Part shown: positions 1 to 11,138 of the stretch, in pieces
Layout of the letters: every line of letters starts with the position of its first letter
Position numbering within the stretch: position 1 is the first letter of the stretch
Origin: Basidiobolus ranarum
Lineage: Eukaryota
DNA: 49,655 nt
NCBI GenBank assembly: GCA_040143965.1
Contig: JASJQH010000019.1
Location: 1-49,655, forward strand
Direction: 5' to 3'
Notes under the pieces: generated by a model
Databases searched by the model: none
What the model was told of the DNA's origin: nothing
Seen by the model: only the letters and a program-made list of their open reading frames with translations
Program-made: the position numbers and the translations under genes

Positions 1-135
1 CCCACCTCCCCCTGCTCGCCCACAGATTCCTCCACACCTCCCCACTCTCACTCAAGCCCCGGGCGCGCCGACATGCTTAATAAGTACATGCAAATGGTTA
101 ATAGTAATACTATACACATGCATTTGAATTTGAGT

Positions 136-3100
136 TTATGAAGAATTTGAGTTCTTCATAGTAGTGTTCGCACTTATCTTGTGACGTAGTGCGGATAGCC
201 TGTTGGAGATGGAAACAATAACTAGCAGAAGGAGGTTAGTTAACTACTACATCTCATATGAATTTTAGTGAAACACCCTACATTTGTTAATGGTCCGACG
301 ATCTTCCTCATCCATCTTATGCTCCTCGTCTACATCTAACAACGCTGACAACATCCAAATGGCTGTTTGATATGATCTTTCGCAATCAGCAACATCCTCT
401 CCAACAAGTTCATTAACTGCTGCTGAGCGACTCTAGAATCATATTGAATCTCTTTGTAAGAACCTAATATTCGTATTGTCAAGATACATTAAACTAACCG
501 TCTCCAAGGCATAATCATACATAAGCTTCTCAACACATATGCCACTCTCGTCATTAATGAGGACCTTGAGTTTAACGAAATCTGCCTTCTCCAGACTTTC
601 ATTGAATTTTTCACGCATCCACTGAACCGCTATAAATGAGGGTGAATTTTCTTACAATTACACAAGAATCTATTAATGTGGGTGGTATACCATCGTTAAG
701 CCTAAGAGATGTCGATTTAATCCCAGAACGATTGCGCGCAGTGTTATCCCAATACTTCTTTGCTGCATCAAGTCCCGATTGAAGAATAGCAAGTGCTTTT
801 AAGTAGAGTGCAAAAGCTTCCGCTCCTACTTTTTCGGTGCCTTCCTCATTGGTTGAACTCTCAATCTCTTTCGTAGACTCTGGATGAGGTGGGGTTAGTT
901 CCTCAAATTTTAAGTTAGCCAAGTGAAGCACTGCATTGGCTTTGTAAGCTGAATTTTCAATTCTTTTAATAATCGAGTCCTAAAAATTCGAAGAGTTATA
1001 AACTGTTGATCAGGTCTACTTCGTGATGTCATGGTAAAACTTACCACTTCAGTATTGGATTCATATACAGGCACGCCCCCTTTGGAGAATGATAACTCAC
1101 GATATGGTGGCGATTGACCTGTACGACCTAGTAGTCGAGCCGAGGCTGTGGAAATAGCTTTAGCTAATGCTGATGGGGTTGCCGCACTGGCCCAACCTGA
1201 GGGATTTGATGAACTACGATCCCGTGTACCAGGAGAAGTATTGGGATTCATTGCGTGGTACTCCATCTTATTAAAGACAAGTGGGGGTGAGTTTGACATT
1301 CCTTGATAATGTGGAACCACACTATCAGATCTTCGATATGGAAGAGGAATCGGTACAACATTTGGAAGTTGTGTTGGATTCCGAGTCATCTTACTTGTAA
1401 GTCTGGGTGATGCTGCTAATTCTACGTAAAAAAATCGAAGTTAGTCATATTTTTTATCGAAATTTTATGCTTCGCTTTGAACATTATTGTAGGTTTACCG
1501 TCAGCTAAAGCGTTGACTTCAACTGATCGTTTCTCTATTACTACGTATTCTCTCTCGAATAAAATCTCATCTTCAACTTTGTTTGAAGGTACATATTGAT
1601 CTTTCGTATCGCTGCGGCTGGATGATTGATATGAGGTTCTATGAGATTGAGCCCTCGATATATTAGGCTTAAAATCCATTGTAGTTGGGTGGATTAACAG
1701 TGAACCAGGTGGAGATCCTGAATCATCGTTAGGGGAAGGATTGTGCGAATCTATGGCTTTGTACTCCACTCTTATGTCCCCTCGGTTATCATTCGACTTT
1801 GGCTTGTTACCTATTAGTCGTGGGGAGGAAGCTCTTGGACTTCTGAAAGATAGTTAGCAAAGTAGAGAAGAGAGTAAAGGATCAAGATATACCTTTCTGT
1901 TGCCATTTCATACGACGGCCCACGAAATCCATTATCAGTGGGGATGTATCTAGCATTTAGCACATCAAAGCTAGTAGAGCGGCGATTATGACTGGGGTAT
2001 CTGGAAATTGCTGCTATATTACAATCCGATTCTGGTTAAGATTTTTGAAAAAAAAACTGTGTTAATCGATGAAAATATTGCTACAAACCATGTGTGATCC
2101 CAGAGCTGTTACTTTCATGACCTCGAGATATTCCAGTGATATACGGATGGGAAAAGAAATCCTCGAATGACATTCTTTCTGTAGGATTTCTTTTTAGCAA
2201 CCGCCGTATAAGATCTCTAAGCTCGTCGCTTATCAGAGGGGTTCGACGATGGCCTGTATTTAACGGAGAGGAAGACAGTTTATTGGCCTGATTTTCATGT
2301 CTTTTTATCTTGTCGGTATCAGAATCGGGAAATTTAATATGATCGTTACACTTCTCAATCCTCTTGAGCAAGTCAACGTGGTTCTGGGCCCTGAAAGGGG
2401 GCTTTCCAACTACTAATTCGTAGAGAACAGCACCAACACTCCACAAATCAGCCTTAGCATCGTATTTCTCATAGCGTAGAATCTCCGGTGCCATATATAA
2501 AGGAGATCCACAAAGGGTATCTGCCAGTGTGTGCGCTGGGAGTGATCTAGCAAAGCCAAAGTCCGCAATCTTTAAGGTAGGTAGATGCTCCGGATCGAAA
2601 TATTCCTTTTTTTGTGCTGGATTTGGTATTAAGAGGAGATTCTGTGGATTTCAAATTATTTAAATAAGTGTTAATTCAGCCTTGAAAGTGTCTAACAGTC
2701 ACTAACCTGTGGCTTAATATCACGGTGTATTAGGTTCCTCGATCTCAGGAATTGTAGCGCAGATGCTAAAATTGAAACTTTAGTGACATAGGAAATACTC
2801 TAGTTCTAGTACAAAAACACCAACCCAATTGCCTTAGAAAATGTTTGACGATTCTTTCGTCCAGTCCTCCCGCTGGTCCTTCGACTGCTGGTATATCTCT
2901 ACGTTTCTTGATCAGGTTCGATAGGTCCCCCATAGAACAGTATTCCATTATTAAATGAATATGACTATCCGATTTCTGAGGAATATGATGGTCTCTCACA
3001 GTTAATAGATTTCTACTTTCATTATGAACTTAGTTCGTAAACATACCACACAATCCACTAGGCCTACAATGTTAGGGTGTTGGATTCCTTTGAGAATGGA

Positions 3101-3380
3101 TATTTCTGACTCTAAACTTTCTAATAGCTTGCGTGTTAATTTAGATCGCAGTACAGACTTGATAGCTACGGGAGTGTTTGTATCCTTTTAGTGATAAATA
3201 GGAGTTGCAGTAAGTAAAACATACGATAGATTTGTACAATCCCATTAACTTGGAAACGCTTTGTTGTCTAGGTCTGATCGAAAAATATAAGCAAGATACC
3301 TTGTGTTTCCCTTTATATACGGTTGCAAACGAACCTCGGCCAATTTCTTGTGCGATTTCATATGAGCTGACTGATTCCAT
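136..3380 (-). CDS. ATG1: Autophagy Ser/Thr kinase Atg1/ULK (multi-exon)
   Basis: Spliced exons give [59 protein letters not shown], the Atg1 motif [20 protein letters not shown] and a C-terminal tMIT region ([28 protein letters not shown]). Stop TAA at 136-138. Confidence 0.95.
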
Positions 3381-3748
3381 TTGAGGTCAATAAAGCTAGT
3401 TTAACGAGATAATGTAGGGATTCTTGGTGTATAACGAAAAAATAAGGGAAAATATAAGTTTGAAAGGTTATTTAGAAATATAAATGGCTTCTCCAAATAG
3501 AATGAAGTATTAGCACAGTTGGATAAATAAAAGAGTATAAGGTATATAGGTGTTGGGAAAAGACGATGATATGTGTACACAATAGTAGTTGAAGAGAACA
3601 AAAATGGATTCATTCATTCAATAAGCAAATCTTTAAAAGGCGATCTATGCAGCAGCAGTAACAACTGTACTGCAATTCGTATTATTAGTGATCTTAAGTT
3701 AGTGTGTTTCAAAGAGCTCTCAGAAAAGGGAATAGGCAGTCCTGTGAT

Positions 3749-4150
3749 CAGGTCATAAATCAGTCTCCACCTGACCTGCTTATTGTGAACGTGATCGATG
3801 TTTAGTAATAAGGAATAAATAAGGAATAACCCTAACCCTTTAGTTTAGCAATAAACAGAAGGACAGACCGCAGGCGGAGCCTATACCCCATACCTGGTCA
3901 TGCCTCACTGGCCCTCGTCCACCATTGTGTCTCATCAAATGATAACAAGCTCAGGGTGGAGTTCGTTGCATGCTTCAATATAACTGGTCGGCCCTTGATA
4001 TTGCGTGAGTTTATTGCTTGACACTGTGTTTATTAGTTCAAAATGAATCGAATAATAGAACATAGCATTATGCTGTTACTACTCGTTCCTGATTGTTCAT
4101 TATTAATGACGGATTACTCGAATATATTTCAATAATTTGTGATTGTATGC
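3749..4150 (+). ncRNA. Putative structured non-coding RNA (telomerase-RNA candidate, speculative)
   Basis: TAACCCTAACCCT at 3827-3839, several stems (3749-3778, 3847-3856/4009-4018, 3918-3960, 4024-4065) whose G-U pairs work only on the + strand, and an Sm-like AATTTGTG at 4134-4141. No family match verified. Confidence 0.2.
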
Positions 4151-4195
4151 TAAGTATTAGATGATAATTCAAATACTTTCCTATTAAGAGCTGTG

Positions 4196-7100
4196 TTAGG
4201 CTGATTCTTGCAACATCTGATATCGATGAACACTGCCAGAACTATGATGTATGTTTCCAAGTTGTGGCTTCTTCACTGTCTTCTTTTGTCTCTCGGTATC
4301 CACCAGTTTTCCCCAGCCACCGCCACCGGGTGTACAAATAACGATTCGATCTCCAGATCCAACTATTACTGTATTTTTGCCTCCCAGGTTTACGGTAGGT
4401 CCATCTTTGCGGATCCAAAGGTTCAGTCCTGTTGCACCATCCTGTCCTCCCTCGAGCCCATATGGATGGAATACACGACGCTCAGAAAGAATAGAGGCAT
4501 TAAGCCCAGATTCTTGAAATTCTAGATCACGTATAACTCCATTTCCACCTGGATTAAGGCCATCTCCACCAGAGCCGTCACGTAAGGAGAATTCCCTCAG
4601 AATAACAGGATAACGACGCTCTAGAATCTCGGGGTCTGTGATACGGGTGTTAGTCATATGGGTATGAACACCACTTTGACCAATCCAATCGGGACCAGCG
4701 CCACTACCACCAGCAATGGTCTCATAGTAACCCCATCCGTTTTGTTGATCATTGCTACTTTTCGGATCATAACCAAATGTAAAGTTATTGCAGTCACCTT
4801 GCGAAGCAGCACATGCTTGGAAAGATCTTAATACAGTGTCAACTAAACGCTGGCTTGTCATAACATTCCCGCCTACTACGGCTGCAGTTTCAGAAGGAGA
4901 CAGAATGGTGCTGGGTGGAATGCGAATTTCAATTGGATTCAAGCAACCTTGGTTTAAGGGAATATCCACACCAACCAAGCTTCTCAAACAATAGATAATG
5001 GCACTGTGTGTTACAGAGAATGGCGTATTACAATTGCCATACACTTCATGACCAGTGCCCTCAAAATCAAATACCGCTGAACCATCTTCTGGGTTGATCT
5101 CGATTTTCAATTGAATTGGAGTTCCGTCATCCATATGATCCACTGCCTTTAAAGGTTCTCCCTTAAAACGAGCATGAGTTTCTTTCAACATCTGACGAAC
5201 TGCGATTTCAGCATTTTTTCGGATAAAAAACATATAGGCATGTACAACTTCTAAACTGTACTCGTTGATTAAGGCCTTGACTAAATTAATCCCTTTTTGA
5301 TTAGCTGCTACTTGAGCTTTGAGATCAGAGATATTGTCTTTAAGACAACGAGTACCGCTGCATCCGGGGTACTGTGCTGGATCCTCAACCAAAATCTTAG
5401 TAATACCATCCAGTTGGAACTGGCCTTTCTCTACTAATTTGAAGGATTTAACAGCTGCACCTTCTTCATATAATTCCTTGGAATGTGGTGGCATGGATCC
5501 GGGTAAGATCCCGCCAATATCTGCGTGATGACCTCTGGAAGCAACGAAGAAAACGACCTTTCCTTGATCAAAAACAGGTGTGATAACTGTAATATCTGGA
5601 AGATGTGAGCCACCAGCAGTTGGATGATTAGAAAGAATCACGTCGCCTTCATAAAGCTCATCTTTATAATATTCCAATTGATAACGAACGGCATGGCTTA
5701 AGCTACCTAAATGGACAGGAATATGCGGCGCGTTGGCTACTAAACCACCATCAGGGCCAAATAATGCACATGAGAAGTCTAATCTTTCTTTGATATTTGT
5801 TGAGATTGCAGTTTTTTGAAGTGTACGACCCATTTGCTCAGCAATACTCATAAAGCGATGGGAAAAGATCGATAGCTGGATAGGGTCAAGCTCGGTAGTA
5901 ACAGCTCCCTTGCTACCATCGCCTAATGTGATCATTACTTGACTAGAAGTGATCAAGGCGGAGCATTCTGGCTCAACAAGAATAGTACTATTAGCATCAA
6001 TAATCATAGCGGGCCCGGTTACGTTTTCGCCTACTTCAAGTTCTTCAAGTCGGTAAATTGGAGTTTCTTTACGCCCACCTTCAAAATATATAGAGGTAGT
6101 AAGGGCGGCTTTAGAAATATTTACTGGTCTAGCAGTAAGCCTCTGAGCCTCCTTGTAAACGGAATCATCAAGATTTTGCTCACTTCTTCCAATACCACGA
6201 ACACGAATGTCATCAACAATAATTTCACGATCAGTGAGAACGAAGCCGAACTCTTGTTGATATTGCTTCTCGAAGCTTGAAGAAAAGTCCCAGCTATTTT
6301 CAGGTTTGAGTGTCATCATGGCACAATCTGTACCATTGTATCTCAGATTAAGATATACCTCAAAGTCGATGACATTTTCCTTGAAACCTTGTCTTTCAAG
6401 TTCTTCTCTACATGATTGGATCAATGTGTCTACTCTTTCTTTTATAAATTTGATAGAGTTTTCGGAATAGGTAGCAGCGCTAGGCTCTTGAATCTCATGA
6501 ACCACCTGGGCGAGATCAAGTCCGTAAGCCGAAAGAACAGAAGCATAACGATGGACAAGAATTTTACGAATGCCTAAGGTTCGAGCGATAGCACAGGCGT
6601 GTTGCCCACCTGCACCACCAAAACAGGCAAGAACATGATTACCAGTGTCATACCCCTTGGCTTCGGTTAATGCACGAATAGGTCTACACATGGTTTCATT
6701 GGCAACACGAATAAACCCATAAGCAATCTCATCAATCGACTTTTCATTTTCTACATGAGCACTGTTGATTTCATGGGCAAGAGTTTCAAAATTCTTACGG
6801 GAAGCTTCAATATCTAGTGGCTGATCTTCGCTAGGTCCAAATATCTTTGGGAAAAAATCAGGAACTAATCTACCCAAAATTAAATTGGCATCAGTAACAG
6901 TAAGAGGTCCTCCTTTCCTATTAATAAGGTGTTAGTTAATGCTTGAGCAAGCTGAGAAACGTACAATACCAAAGTACCTATAGCAAGTAGGTCCTGGATG
7001 AGCACTAGCACTCTTTCATACAAGAAATTAGTATTTTGAAAAACGGCAGATATTCATCCAAAGCTACAAACCTCAGGCCCAACAACAAACAGCCCGTTTC

Positions 7101-8644
7101 TGTAAAACAGTCTAGACCCACCACCAGCAGCGACAGTATTGATATCTAGTTGAGGGGCCTGGATAGTAACACCAGCAGTTGTGGTTTCGTAAACGTGTTC
7201 ATAACGTCCATCATATCGAGAAACATCTGTGCTTGAGCAATTAGAAAAGAAGGTAATCTTGAAAATCAGAAATGAAAAGGATGTTTACCTGTGCTAGTAC
7301 CACCCATATCGAAGCCTATGACAGGGATATTCTCATCTTCATCGAAACACGTCAGAGCATATCCTACTACGCCTGCAGCCGGACCAGACAAAATGGCTCT
7401 GAATCCAGAAAACGTGTCTACTGGGGTTAGACCACCATCTGATTGCATAAATTGCAGCGAGACGTTTTTCAGATTTTCATCAAATCCGGATGTAAATCCA
7501 TCAATATACTTCTTGATGCATGGAGTCAAGTACGCATCAGCAGTGGCAGAATCCCCTCTTGGAACTATCTTGATCATGGGCATAATAGAGGAAGACAAAG
7601 TAACATGAGAAAATCCAATCTGGCTAGCAAGTTCACCAATAGATTGCTCATGCTCTAATAAAAAACAACGTTAGCGATACTCTAGAGATAGGAAGCAACA
7701 GACACCATCATACCAGGGTAAGTATAAGAATGCATAGTACAAACAGCAATGCTTCGATATCCTTCCTTGTAGAGGTCAGTAAGGTCCTCCTTCACTTTGT
7801 TCATGTCTTATTGATGCAGAGGTAATGAATGATGTTAGTATCGTTCAAGTATTGACAACTATTGATGACGTATATACCTGGCTTTTTGAGCACACGTACA
7901 TATTCGCCAGAAATTCCTTTGACGACGTTGGAATCATTTACATCTACATTTTCTTGCTCAGAGATACCTTTCGGGCTTGAAGTGTAACCGAGCAAGGTGA
8001 TTCTATAACATATTTTTGATTTAATGGTTGGCCCAACGATAAATGCTACATTACGTCAGCTAACCTTTCATCGATTTCCACTACCTTTTGATACAATACT
8101 TCAGGCTTTTGAATTGAAAGGTCAAATATTTTCGGACGGGATTGGTTTCCTTTTAAAATGGACCATTTTAATATGAATACCTTGGTAAATAGAAAGTAAA
8201 CTTTGAATACCAATATTGAGCAAGTCCTTAAATCCCTTGGTGATAAGTAGAGCACAACGTTCACCATTACGTTCTAGTAAAGCATTAGTAGCAACTGTGG
8301 TGCCCATACGGATCGATTCTTAATGAAAAGAAGCATATTTAGTGAACTGTTGGATCGAGCAAGAATAGTTAGTCAAACTTTCAAATACCGATCAAAGAGG
8401 TGTCTACAAGCTTTTCTCTTGGGTGAGTTTCTCCAGTTGCAATTTCTAGAACACGACGTATACTCTCACGAGGAGCGTCAGGGTAATTCTGTGGGTCAAC
8501 ACTCAATAGTTTTAATACTACATTCTTTCGACCATTTGGATATTCTTCGGATTTTGGCACTGGTATAGAAGCTACACAATCGGTAAAAGTGCCACCTCTG
8601 TCAATACATATACGAATACCTTCCTTCTTTTCTTGAACTGGCAT
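4196..8644 (-). CDS. OXP1: 5-oxoprolinase (ATP-hydrolysing), fused hydantoinase A/B (multi-exon)
   Basis: [103 protein letters not shown]. Eight GT-AG introns precede the long final exon. Confidence 0.96.
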
Positions 8645-8950
8645 ATCTAGAAGTTCAAATTGCTTATACCACGTAGAGTGTATCAGTAGTTTAGGAACCG
8701 CACAAATTCGAACAACTGAATTTATGTATTTCCAAATAGATTCACCAGATCATTCGTACATTGGCATTTATTGTAAAATTATATTACAACATGATTACTA
8801 ATACTGGAAGAGATGTTCAGATGTTGCGTTTCATTAGGTGGCTTGTTTATGACTACGGATAATCATTTACTGCGTTCTTACTACTCTAGAGATTACACGA
8901 GATTCGAGATATTATATGAGACTTTATTGGTTATTAAAAATCGATATCTG

Positions 8951-8965
8951 GAGTTAGGGTTAGGG
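8951..8965. promoter_or_regulatory. Telomere-like GAGTTAGGGTTAGGG motif in the divergent OXP1/RbfA-like promoter
   Basis: Two TTAGGG units about 85 bp upstream of the ATG at 9050. The same 14-mer recurs at 44633-44646. A Tbf1/Teb1-type site is an inference. Confidence 0.35.
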
Positions 8966-9049
8966 TGATTATTTGGAAGGGAAATTTTTTCGAGTGATAG
9001 GCGATTTTTAAAAAATTAGTCACTTTGGACGGGTTTTGCTTTTCCCAAT

Positions 9050-9907
9050 ATGTCATTCGCACTTTTTAGACGTATTCCATTCAACATTGTACAGCAAACA
9101 GCTTTTACTAAATGCTACCGTACGGCAACAAAAATACATAGTAAGGATGTTACGGTGAAAGAAGATATTGAACCTACTAGAGGTTTTCAGAGTACAGTAG
9201 ATTTACACGAGTTTGTAAAGGGACAATATATGATACCTGGAAAATTTTTGCACTTTTTTCAAGACCGAAAACGACCAAGAACTATGAGAGAAAGTAAAGT
9301 AAGTGAATAGTCGAGAGTTTACTGACGGAAATTTTGTGAAAGTAAACTAATATTTCATAGACTGAAGATACCGTTAGAAAAGTGAGGTCCAAGAGAGGCA
9401 CCTCTAGAAATTTCGAGAACGAATATTCTGAGACGGTTGGAAAACAGATCGCTAATAGCATTAAGAAAGCTACTTTGAAAGCTATGGCCACTAGTGCAGT
9501 CCCACATCAATATCTTCACTCGGTTAATTGGGATCTAGTTGAGGTAAAATTCATTGGAAGTAGGTGAGAAAGTTCTTAAATTAAACTTTGTCGTTATTCA
9601 GGTTTCGCTTTCAGAGGATTTGAAAAAGGCTAAGATTTGGTGGAGGCCAGCAGTACCGGAAGGAGAGAAAATCGACGAGGTACGATGATTACATAATCAC
9701 TGATGTGAAGAGATAATTTACTGAATGTTGATATAGGTGCTTATGGAAGAGCTATTTAAAGCGTATGAGAGTCATTTGTGTTCTATGGTGTTCCGACATC
9801 TGCCGATGAGAAAGCCCCCTACTCTATCATTTGCAAGAGAAGATCCTTACAAAGATGAGGCGGAAAGATTACTAGAGAAGATCGCACAGGAAACGCCATC
9901 CAATTAA
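9050..9907 (+). CDS. Mitochondrial ribosome-binding factor A (RbfA)-like protein, 4 exons
   Basis: Arg-rich presequence-like N-terminus (MSFALFRRIPF). Spliced C-terminus EVSLSEDLKKAKIWW...HLPMRKPPTLSFARED fits the RbfA pattern V.vs.Dl..Akvy...lr..P.L.F..D. Three GT-AG introns. Confidence 0.7.
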
Positions 9908-10136
9908 TTCACCCTCTGTAGATTTTACTTTGAAAAAGAATGGTTTATATAAAGTGGATATTTTGTACGCTATCCGTTCATATAGTCGTCTTCTAGGTAG
10001 AGTGTACATTAGCATGTACGAGGCGTATGTAGTGCAACTACTTCTGCAACATGTCATCTGCATGGATGATCCAATGAATAGTATAAAACCATATAGAATT
10101 GTGACTGCTTAGAGTAATTCACTTTGTTCGTAAGTT

Positions 10137-10682
10137 ATGAGACGCTTCATACTGTATATTCTGTTTCTCGCTTGCTTGGTTTTAGTTGAAGCACAACGTT
10201 TTGCCAATCCCTCAGAAGTAAGCATAGATGAATCGCGTTCTTCTAGTAGATCTGATATCGGCGCTGATGAGATAGAAGAAGAGGATGAAGGGGACGTTGT
10301 ACCTGACCAGAGCCAACCAGTTGAGACTGTTAAATCTTCAACTACGGAGCTCGAATCCAGTGATTCAGTGCCTGAACCTATGCCAACACAAGATAACTCA
10401 ACCCTTGATAATCAGGACCTATTACAAGATTCCAATCAAGAAGAAATCGTATCCCAACAGACCAGTGAAGACGATGAAATCCAAGTCAATAATGCAGAAT
10501 CTCCTTCAATAACATCTACTGTGTCTAATACAGAATTGCCATCACCTACCGTGGAGGCCGAGAAACAACCTTTGGTTGGGATGACCTTCTTAAATAAACC
10601 AGTAGAGAATCCTCAAAGTTGCATCGTTCTAGATTTAGGTCAAGGCCCAATATGTCTCGATCCAAAATCATTTGGTGCCTAA
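10137..10682 (+). CDS. Secreted acidic low-complexity protein with C-terminal two-Cys motif (paralogue A)
   Basis: Signal peptide MRRFILYILFLACLVLVEA, an E/S/Q-rich body, and C-terminus FLNKPVENPQSCIVLDLGQGPICLDPKSFGA. Intronless. Confidence 0.8.
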   Translation: MRRFILYILFLACLVLVEAQRFANPSEVSIDESRSSSRSDIGADEIEEEDEGDVVPDQSQPVETVKSSTTELESSDSVPEPMPTQDNSTLDNQDLLQDSNQEEIVSQQTSEDDEIQVNNAESPSITSTVSNTELPSPTVEAEKQPLVGMTFLNKPVENPQSCIVLDLGQGPICLDPKSFGA

Positions 10683-11138
10683 TTCGCTGTAAAATCCTCA
10701 CAACGAGGGAATGGATTACCATTTGCCAGAAGTAACTTGTTTTTATACACTTCAAGTTTTACCATGAAAACAATAAATTTCACTCTTCATTTCGAATATC
10801 TCAGAGTTTTTGTTATAACTAATAACTAAGGAATTTCAACGTTCTACAATATCAGTTACTCGGTAAGTTTTTGGGGCTCATGGGTAGTTTGTTATTATTT
10901 CTTATGACAACACTGAAGAGGTCCATATTCATATATGCGTTAAAACGCAACCCCAGCGCGAATTAAACAAAGGAAGGTATATTTTCTCTCGGTAGAGCAG
11001 TTTATTACGTAGTTGATATTTTGACCCCGCACAGTTTCAGGAAAAACAGTAGAGATATAAAATCAAGAGTAACTGACCATTCTTTCGAGAAAGTAACTAG
11101 TAATATTCATATCATTTCATTCGATCTTTGCAGAATTG

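Noticed and set aside
62-69. GGCGCGCC (AscI site) suggesting a vector junction
   Set aside because: No recognisable vector or adapter sequence around it. The C-rich flank resembles other 3' UTRs in the window.
3186-3299. ATG1 intron 1 donor GTATCTTG as a U12-type minor intron
   Set aside because: It deviates from GTATCCTT and has no TCCTTAAC-like branch site near the acceptor. I found no AT-AC intron in the gene models I traced.
3918-3960. Hairpin read on the minus strand as a hammerhead ribozyme or U3 snoRNA (TTGATGAG)
   Set aside because: No CUGAUGA/GAAA core and no U3 box A or terminal box D arrangement.
4208-6280. Several + strand ORFs inside OXP1
   Set aside because: Antisense shadows of the conserved minus-strand gene.
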